Positions 53,878 to 64,000 of a stretch of 64,000 bases of DNA are shown here, one piece after another. The translations under genes and the position numbers were made by a program. The DNA lies in assembly GCA_951406725.2 (NCBI GenBank), contig OX597820.1, positions 65,844,001 through 65,908,000 on the forward strand. The letters run 5' to 3'. The DNA is from Octopus vulgaris. Lineage: Eukaryota. Within the stretch, counting starts at the first letter, position 1. Each line of letters starts with the position of its first letter. The notes below the pieces were generated by a model, which saw only the letters and a list, made by a program, of their open reading frames with translations, searched no databases and was not told the DNA's origin.

Positions 53878-54661
53878 CATACATACATATATACATATAC
53901 ATATGTATATATATATATATATGTACATATGTATATGTATGTATGTATTTATGTATGTATGTATATATGTATGTGTGTATGTACGTGCGTGTGCATGTAT
54001 CTGTATATACATGTATGTATTATGTGAATGAAAATTCTTGAATTTGAGATGGAGGAGACAAGATAGCCATCCGAAGCATATTCATACGAGTTACAGATAA
54101 CAGTAAAAGAGGATATTTTACAGATTTTAATGATTTTTGGAAAGAATCTCCACTTTCGCAAAATTAATACACACACATACAAATATATATAATATAGAAA
54201 CATACATACATACATACATGTATATATATAGAGAGAGAGAAATACGCATGCGCGAGCTTTAACGATGAATAATGCATTACTATGATTGTATATGAACAAT
54301 TCATTCGAGGACTACTTAATACAGATTGTACTATTGTTATTAAGGAAAACAACGTACAATTTATAATGGTCTAAATTACAGTTGCGTGTATTACATTTTG
54401 TCTTAAACTGAACCAAAGTCTTCATAAATTTTCCCACGGTAGAAAATGTGGACTTATCTTTATATCTTGGGAGTAATTTCTCAAAAGCAGGATCCCCTAG
54501 ATGATGAAAATTGGTGTTATTATATTGTGGTATCATCAGACGAACTACAGTCAATGTCTATAAGAAGCGCTTTGCGACGGTCCAACTGTGTCTATTGGAT
54601 TCGCCCTGTGACGGTCCAACTGTGTTTGCCTTAGGCGTGGACAACGTGTAGTTGAAATACT

Positions 54662-54860
54662 CTTTACTCTTTTACTCTTTTACTTGTTTCAGTCATTTGA
54701 CTGCGGCCATGCTGGAGCACCGCCTTTAGTCGAGCAAATCGATCCCGGGACTTATTCTATCGGTCTCTTTTTGCCGAACCGCTAAGTGACGGGGACGTAA
54801 ACACACCAGCATCGGTTGTCAAGCAATGCTAGAGGGACAAACACAGACATACAAACACAT

Positions 54861-54891
<31 letters not shown>

Positions 54892-55058
54892 CATATATAC
54901 GACAGGCTTCTTTCAGTTTCCGTCTACCAAATCCACTCACAAGGCATTGGTCGGCCTGGGGCTATAGCAGAAGACACTTGCCCAGGATGCCACGCAGTGA
55001 GACTGAACCCAGAACCATGTAGTTGGTTAGCAAGCTACTACCCACACAGCCTCTCCTG
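54662..55058 (-). mobile_element. SINE family A, full length, low divergence
   Basis: Reverse complement of family A. Confidence 0.85.
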
Positions 55059-56283
55059 TGAAATATTTAGTCAAAATGTTTGAGACGCGAATTTTAATTA
55101 TCGAAGACGTTACTGTCTCCAGTCCTCGTTCTCATGGAGGCGATTATCCGGTTTTCATGGCGATAACTGATCGAGATCACAATATTGACCCTCAATAAGA
55201 TGCCAGTCCGTCGCAGGTATATTCATTTACAGCAATGAGAAATGATGTGTTTTGCAATGGAGCAATGGGAAATGAAGTGCTTGCACAAGAATACAAATGC
55301 ACTACCGGTCAAGGAATCGAAACCACGATCCTTCGATCATAAGTTCAACACCTTGACCAATAGGCCACGCACCTTCACCGTTCCAAGTGGTTGACTCTAA
55401 AACCAGATCTGTGTGGTTTTAGAGTTTTATGTTTGGCTTTATCGTAGACCTTTAATTGAATGCTTGGAAATACATGTCAGTAATGTAACCAAAATACATT
55501 CTTCTAGAATGAAGTGGAAATTGGGAAGCGGCTTCAATAGAAAAAAATCTTTTTTTAAATATGAAGACTGCATAAACACAATCTGCAACACCTAAAGATA
55601 AATATGAGTGGGAGGAGCTGGAGGAAAATCAAAATGTTTGAAGGTATTTTGTTAAGATAAAAGGGCAACCTGCTTGAAAAGGAATAGTTACAAACGTTTC
55701 GAGCTGAACCGTGCTTCACAGGAAGGCACCATTCCAAACCAGACTATTAATTCCAGCGCGACTCTTTTGAATTTGCTCTTGTTTCTTAGCGAAGCCCTTT
55801 CAATCTCCATATCCGTAAGTGAATAAATCTGACTTTGGAGGGCGAAGACATATATACACAAGAATCTCCTTCCCCAGACTGGCCCGATCATTATGTGAAG
55901 CTGCTGTCGTGTTTCCTCTAGTTATTATAAATTGTCAGCTGGGGTTTTTAGAGTCATCTCCGAGCTCTTGATTGTGTGATATCGGGAAGTTTGAATGTAT
56001 ATCGAATGAGGACATGGTTGCTACGTAACAAGCTGAAGCAGCCCTCATGGATGAATAATGACGCAGGTAAAATAGTATCTTGTTATGAGGCCTTTTTTTC
56101 TCCCCTTAGGAGTTCTGCATTCGATCCTACCGAGAGGAACAATGTATGTATGTGGCTGTGTAATAAGAAGCTTGCTTTCCAGGCACATAGTTCAGGGTTC
56201 AGTCACCTTGGGTATCTGTCCTCTCCTGTAGCTCCGGGCCGATCTAAGCGTTGTCAGTGTATTTGGTAGACGGAAACTCTATG

Positions 56284-56329
<46 letters not shown>

Positions 56330-56724
56330 CGTCTGTCTGTCTGTCTGTCACCACCATTTAGCAACTAGCGTTAATGTGTTTACGTTCCCGTGACTTACCG
56401 GTTCGACAAAAGAGACGGATAGAATATGTACTCGACTTTAAAAAGAAATCATGTACTAAGGTCGATTTGTTCGGCTAAATTTCTTCAAGGCGGTGCCCCA
56501 GCATGGCTGCAGTCTAATGACTGAAAACAAATAAAAGAATAACAGAAAGATAATACACAGATTCAGCAGCAACATCGATAGATTGATTGGGCCTAAAAAC
56601 TGAGACATGGTGTACAGTATTAACAATAAGTGCGGAGAACTAGCAACTGTTGGCCCCTGAAAAAAGTCCATCTTACTTATTTTTGCTTGTGGCTACTACC
56701 AGAATGTATTAGCGAAAAAATGTA

Positions 56725-57270
56725 TTGGGTTGTCCGGAAAGTTCATGCCGATTTATAGTAGCTTAGCTTTCGACTTATTTTAGAACATGATTGAATCCAT
56801 AAAATAGGATTTGACTACACCTCCATTTAGAGCACAGTTTAAGCTGACTTTTCGTGGAAGAAGATTTATGTTCCTATAACCTGTGTTAATTCTGTAACTC
56901 TTTAAAATGGAAGATTTTCGGCACTTGATGCTTTGGGAACCAGACAAAAATTGCTGCAGCTCGGCTGGGATGTGTTACCCCACTCTCCATATTCACCAGA
57001 TATTGCTCCTTCGGATTTCCACTTATTCAGGTCTCTGCAGAATAGTTTTAATGGTAAAAAATTCAATTCCTTGGATGACGTAAAATGATACCTCGATGAA
57101 TTCTTTGCCATGAAACCACCTCCATTCTGGGAAGAGGGTATTATCAAGTGGATGGAGATGCATTGTGCAACAAAATGATTCATATTTGGTTGATTAAAAA
57201 TGTAATGGCAAGTATTGATTGACCTTTTTCTTTCCTTTAAAAATCGGCACGAACTTTCCAGACAACCCAA
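56725..57270 (+). mobile_element. Internally deleted mariner (DD34D-type) element, 546 bp
   Basis: TA-flanked TIRs TTGGGTTGTCCGGAAAGTTCATGCCGATTT / AAATCGGCACGAACTTTCCAGACAACCCAA. Encodes TRQKLLQLGWDVLPHSPYSPDIAPSDFHLFRSLQN (YSPDLAPSD motif). Confidence 0.92.
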
Positions 57271-58815
57271 TAGATCGATCCGTGTTGGGAGTAAACTACA
57301 TTTTGCCATGCAAGCTGCGTGTAATATGAGTCATCGCCAGATGTCGCAGCATATACTGAGATAGAAAGATTCATATTATGACAGGGAAAAGGATTTTATT
57401 GGTTCGGCAGCCTATATACATAGGAAACTTTGATCAGTGCTGACCTAAAGCTGCATAGTAACAACAGACAGATTTAGACCCATCTGTCTGTCAAAATACG
57501 CGATCTACACAACAAAGAGTTCAGGAAACTCATTCATATAATCAAGTTGATAATGCTATCTCTCATTACCTGCAGCTGATGGAATTGACGTAAGAACTTC
57601 TAAAAGGTCAGTCAACCCGCTAGAAGTAGCAGCCAAATATCTTTCAATTTATTATTACCACCTTAAAATAAATAAATGTTAAGTAAGGTACTGTAGGTTT
57701 GGATGTAATATATCCATTTAAATGGTATGGTCGCGGTTTGAATATTTTTGATCACAGACCTGTTGAACCAGAGCTGACCCAGATGTAAAGAATCATTCAA
57801 TCAAAATACTGAATCTACACAACGAACGACATGGGGAAAGAAGTAATGGGCATACGACACATCCGTATGAAAATACTAATGATTTTTACCACAAATTAGC
57901 CTTTCAATTTTCCTTTCAATTTGCTTCAAAGAAAAGCTTAATGAATAGAGGAGAAAGCTTATGAAAAGGTAACCAATAAAAGACGGAGGTAAATTATACT
58001 TTAAATGACACACGAATTCCCCCAGGGAAAGATTATCTTCCACAGATTATAGTAAACCGTAACTAGCAGACGACCTACAAATTATTCATTCTACACGTGA
58101 TTGAAAAATCTAAGAGTTGTGAATGTAGAGATTCATTAGACAGCATAATTCATAACTACAGCTAACAGCTAATGGATGATATATAAATATAACATAAATG
58201 TTAATCTGCAAAACTTTAACAAAAGATTATACTTTATGAAACTTCGACAAAAGATGATGCTCAATGGTGATCATCTTGTATAGTAAAAACCAAAACAAAA
58301 CCAAAGAAAAAAAAAGAAAAAAGACAGAAACCATGCTATAGACGACAAACATAAGTTGCCTTGCATTAAGTCTTTAATATCAGCCAACTGACGTCACAGA
58401 AATCTTGCCAGTGAATGATATACAAAGACAGGCAAGGAAATAGCACAAAGAAAAAGAGATAACTACGGACTAAATGATATCAAGAAATCACTCAACAGAC
58501 TGCATACTGAGACATAACCTAATTAACGGTATAGAGAAACCACAATCGATTCATAGATATCACATGGCTACTGATACAGAAAAATCCCCCAGCAGACGAC
58601 ATCTTTCAATGAACAATATCTACAAAAATAATCATACAATAAATTATGAACGAATATTTTCCATTAAAATACGATTTCTGAATAGATGACACACAGAGAA
58701 AACGTCATGCAAATGAAAAAGAGAAAATCGGTCAAAAGTAACACAGATACTGGCACATACACACACACACTCAAACACGTCGTAAACAGATAGAGAAGAA
58801 TCAATAACTTATCAC

Positions 58816-58869
<54 letters not shown>

Positions 58870-58870
58870 G

Positions 58871-58912
<42 letters not shown>

Positions 58913-58991
58913 GAGAGAAAGCGAAGCTGAAAGGGAGATGTCAATCAAAACTCAGCAGAAATATTACGCCATAGCAACGACGATACATACA

Positions 58992-59042
<51 letters not shown>

Positions 59043-59083
59043 GATATGTATCTATGTATTTTTTATGCCTGTGCGTATGTATG

Positions 59084-59147
<64 letters not shown>

Positions 59148-59237
59148 TGTATTTGCGATTGTATATAGATATATAGATCAAGTATGTAGATAGACATATA
59201 GATAGACAGATAGATAGATAGATAGATAGATAGATAT

Positions 59238-59314
<77 letters not shown>

Positions 59315-59598
59315 CAGGTAGACACACATACACCCACACACAACAGCAGTATTTCTCTTTCGGTGTTTTTGTGTGTGTACAAATTACTATTTGACAGAAG
59401 CGCCACCTATGGCACGTGGTACACGTTGGCATACTTTCAAAGAGAAATTATTCTTTCAAATAATTTTTAGGATGCATATATTAGTAGTAGTTGTTGTCTA
59501 TTCTTTCTAAATTTTTTGTTCAGATAAATAATCAATATACAGAATATAAATAATGTACATTTTTAAAATAATATAATGTGTACGCCTATATATATATG

Positions 59599-59641
<43 letters not shown>

Positions 59642-59659
59642 GCACACACATATATAAAC

Positions 59660-59758
<99 letters not shown>

Positions 59759-60080
59759 TAAATGAAAAAAAAAACGTATTATTTTCGATCGTGTTTTCAT
59801 AAATTCAACATTACATTTTAGTGATGTGGCGGAAATTAAACAGAGCAACTCTATGAAAAAAAATGAAGAAAATATTGAAATTATATAACAGCAAATGTAC
59901 ATGTATATATCTAAAGAATACGAATGAAAATAGCTGTCAATTTGTAACGACATGGTTATTACAAATAGATAGATAAATATATATATATATTAACTGGTAA
60001 ATATGATAATTCAGATGCAATTTTATCTAAAATATATTGATTTAGAATGTGTAGATGGGCATATAGCTCAGCCAATTTTA

Positions 60081-60385
60081 AACGAATGATTGCAAGCCAA
60101 AGAGTGAGAGCCTCTGTGCAACGATTTGTCCTTCAGGAGATAGTAATGAAACCGCTTTGGAATATTGCAAATATGAGTGTGTAGCCCAAATGGGTTTCGA
60201 AGAAATGATTACAAGCCAACAAAAGAGCCTCTGTGCAATGATTCGTCCTACAAGAGATAGCAACTAAACGACTTGGAAATGTTGCAAAGAAAGGTGTATA
60301 ACGCAACCGCGTTTCGAACGATTGATTATTACAAACCAGCGAGAGAATCTCTATAGAATGATTGATTTATCCTACGAAAAATAGT
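60081..60385. repeat. Diverged tandem repeat, about 118-bp unit, about 2.5 copies
   Basis: AATGATT.CAAGCCAA...AGAGCCTCTGTGCAA.GATT.GTCCT.CA.GAGATAG recurs at about 60085, 60205 and, more diverged, 60325. Confidence 0.7.
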
Positions 60386-60784
60386 CCTTTCTACAAAAGG
60401 CATAAGACCTGAATTTTTGCGGGGGAGGGGGACAATTGATCACATCCACCCCTGTACTTGACTGTTACTTAATTTATCAATCCCGAAACGATATAAGGCA
60501 AAGTCGAGCTCGGCGGTATTTGAACTCAGAACATAACGACAGACGAAATACCTATTTCTTTACTGCCCACAAGGGGCTACACACAGAGGGGACAAACAAG
60601 GAAAGACAAACGGATTAAGTCGATTATATCGACCCCAGTGCGTAACTGGTACTTATTTAATCGACCCCGAAAGGATCAAAGGCAAAGTCGACCTCGGCGG
60701 AATTTGAACTCAGAACGTAACGGCAGACGAAATATTGTTAAGCATTTCGCCCGGCGTGCTAACGTTTCTGCCAGCTCGCCGCCT
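60386..60784 (-). mobile_element. SINE family C dimer
   Basis: One head and two bodies, with the same junction CAGACGAAATACCTATTTCTTTACT as in the 36830-37818 array. Confidence 0.85.
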
Positions 60785-61227
60785 TGAATGTATGTATGTA
60801 CGTACGCACACACGTACGTACGTATGTATGTATGTATGTATGTATGTATGTATGTATGTATGTATGTATGCATGTATGTATGTATGCTTGCACGCTTTAT
60901 GCAGGTTTCTTTGGAATCTATTTTATTTTTACCTTTTGCAGAATTCGAGCTGGTCACTTACAAAGTAGAGTGAGGATGAGGGAAAGAAACAAAGAGAGTG
61001 TGTAGAAGGGAGAAGGAGTGGAAGAAAGGCAGACAAGGAACAGCAAAGAACGAGAGGGAGAAACGGAAAATAAAGAGAATTATAGAGAGATAGAGAGAAA
61101 GAAAGAAAACAGTGTGGGGGAGATATTATAAATAATTGCATGAACTAACTGTGGACAAGGCTGTGTGGCGTTCGATTATAGATAAATAAAAAATACACAT
61201 TAAGTACAGGACATCACCAACGATCAA

Positions 61228-61260
<33 letters not shown>

Positions 61261-61551
61261 CGTATAAGCATGTATGTGCGCACGTCTGTTCGAAGATTAT
61301 AATGGATACAGGTCTGTGTGTCACTTGGCTAGCTAGAGGCGATGGCCTCTTGGAGCTAATCAACGGCAGCATTCGTCCTATTTATCTGGACTACCATGTT
61401 AGCTTGGCGATAACTATTAATATCCAGTACCACTGCCGTAGCCTCCTTTAGGGAATTAGAAATAATGATATTTCTACATATTCACATACATATACATATA
61501 TTTATGCATATACAGGTGCTTACAGTTATCAAGTTTTCACCCTGAATTTTA

Positions 61552-61583
<32 letters not shown>

Positions 61584-61602
61584 CACATATATATATATAT
61601 AC

Positions 61603-61646
<44 letters not shown>

Positions 61647-61818
61647 GTATTTATGTATGTATGTTGAGATAGATAGATAGATGCATGTATAATATATATA
61701 TATATATATATATAATTAAGCACACACTCATCCCAAAGATATAGGTTATGTGTGACATACATTTTGCTATTTACCCTCCATTTTGCAACTGTCTACATGA
61801 AAATACATATATATATAT

Positions 61819-61879
<61 letters not shown>

Positions 61880-61990
61880 GAACTACATACACACACGAGT
61901 TATCGTTTGATTGTTTATACACACAAACATACACATTTATACCATATTATCAATCGTTTGAATATAAGCACGTATGTTTGTGTATAAGTA

Positions 61991-62057
<67 letters not shown>

Positions 62058-63040
62058 ATCCCTATACAAGTGCGCGCCTGTGTGTGTGTGTCTGTGTGCG
62101 ATAGAAAGAGAGACATCGATGTGTATACGGATGTATATGTGTATGTGTGCATGAGGGAGTAAATGACTCCTTGTAATCATTTTTATTTATCGGTCGGGAA
62201 ATCAAGCAAAACAGGTGAGAAAGGTTTGGCAAGCAGTAAAGCAACAATATTTGGACAGCCACCAGAGATAGTGCCACGATTAAGAATGTACATCTTATTA
62301 TGTCCAACAACGGGAAACATCAAATCTATCTTTGTTGTTTTTATTCCTTTCAATGACCCTGTTTACACCACACTATATATATATATATGTCTCTCTCTTA
62401 TCGTTTTATTTTATCTAATTTTTTTTTATTTGCAACTCATAAACGTGTTGGCGGCGTCTGACTAGATTTGAAAATAATAGGATGTGTCTCGGCAACATGG
62501 CTACATGGCAGTCACAGAGAATAGAGCAGGTTCTACACCAGTGCCAGGCCGACACACGGTTCTTAATATTTGCCATTGCATTCTATAAAATGGTAATCAA
62601 TGTAGATCCGGCAATGTAATGAGGAATAACTAACAAAACAAACAAGCAAACAAACAAACAAAAAAAAAAACAGGAGGCACAGAAATAGTTAATGGGGGGA
62701 AATGATATGTTTTTAGAAAGATCATGTGTGTGATTGTGACCTTATGTACACGCGTGCTTGTGTGTGTGTGTGTACTTAAGTATGTATATCTTTATATTTT
62801 TATTGTTACTGTTTTTCGTCGGAGGGAGTCGGTCTCTAACAAAAAAAAACGAAAGTTCCATCACTGGAATTTGATTAAAAACAACGATAATTCTTGTACC
62901 TCAAAGTGTTGCCTAGTTTTTCCTATTCCTCTTAAAGATTGCTTCTGTGAAGTTCGTGTTAGCCACAAACACACACGCACATATACGTATCGATAGACAG
63001 GCAGACACACAGACGATTGACTGACGGGCAGGTAGGCAAT

Positions 63041-63100
<60 letters not shown>

Positions 63101-63101
63101 C

Positions 63102-63137
<36 letters not shown>

Positions 63138-63430
63138 TCATCTGAGGATTGCAAATGGGGAAAAAAGACTTGGTAGCCCCCAAATTCATTTATTTGTTAG
63201 AAACTGATGATGTACATTGTAGCAGCTACTTCCTACTCCTCGCTATTGCGCATGCGGTCAGTACTTTGAGAAAAAAATCAGATTTCAAGCATATTAAATA
63301 TCAAATTTTATACAGATATGAAAATTAATATTCATATTTTAATTTTTATTAATATTAATATTTTAATATTTTAATCTTATTACTTGTAAAAATAAAATAA
63401 ATAGTAAAAATTAAATGAAAAGTAAAATAA

Positions 63431-63795
63431 AACAAGAGCACTTAGAGAGCGCAAACCTTCGCCAAGGCTACACTAACGTCCTCTCAACGATTAGCCGGAG
63501 ATGATTTTTAAAATGAGAATATTTGAAATGAACTCGAATGCTTTCAGAAACGAGAATACTGAAAATTAACACGACCGCTCTCAAAATTAAAAAAAAAAAA
63601 AAAAACAGGAAAAATAATCCAGAATCCTTGTCCAGTACCCGATCGACCCCAAAATCTAATCCTTTTGCACCAGTCACAAGGCCAAACATCACAGAAAGTT
63701 TCATCCGAATCCATCCGGCGGTTCTTGTACATGGACAAACAAGCAAACAAACATGACTGGAAACAATACCTCCACCTTCGCTAAGGCGGACGTAA
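63431..63795. mobile_element. Non-autonomous Helentron/DINE-1-like element
   Basis: Begins AACAAGAG in an A-run, has sub-terminal ACCTTCGCCAAGG, an internal (CAAA)n run and a terminal hairpin ACCTCCACCTT-CGCT-AAGGCGGACGTAA. Confidence 0.6.
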
Positions 63796-64000
63796 TGAAT
63801 AAATCACTGTGATTCTTTCATCAGTCACACGCACATGGCCTAGTGGTTAATGTGTTGCGATCGCAAGGTCATGGTTTCAATATCTAGACCGGGTGGTGTA
63901 TTGCTTTCTTGAGCAAAACACTTCATCTCAAGTTACATGGTACATCGTGCACCGGTTCAGTCAACGTCTATTTGTTAGAAGGAGTGAAATAATATGCAGC

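Noticed and set aside
55685-55725. Minus-strand CTGTGA-AGC..GCT-CGAAAC-GTTT-GTA hammerhead-like motif
   Set aside because: The core lacks A6 and stem I cannot form.
60933-60949. Possible 17-nt minus-strand micro-exon after a long pyrimidine tract
   Set aside because: Frame-shifting length, a modest donor and a tract explained by AG-rich low-complexity sequence.

Overview
Eukaryotic, AT-rich, extremely microsatellite-dense DNA. The repeat families and composition look like an octopod cephalopod (Octopus-like) genome; this is inferred from pattern recognition, not from a search. Almost all ORFs in the supplied track are artefacts of simple repeats, and no complete host gene is visible. Three splice-site-bounded candidate exons on the minus strand (43029-43142, 1763-1791, 1167-1259) suggest the window is largely intronic. 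Mobile DNA dominates. There is a near-intact IR/DR-type Tc1 (DD34E) transposon (45869-47473), two internally deleted mariner-type elements, a pogo/Tc2-type MITE, a hAT fragment, a Helitron, a Helentron-like element, a 5'-truncated CR1-group LINE, (AAT)n-targeted Dong/R4-like retroelement ends and three tRNA-derived SINE families. The most notable signal is a set of type I hammerhead ribozyme motifs in Penelope/retrozyme-like repeats. One has a fully intact core (14974-15041). Another lies in a terminally redundant 508-nt unit whose adjacent inverted copy starts exactly at the predicted self-cleavage site (41517-42103). A SINE-LINE shared 3' tail with a covarying hairpin is also visible.
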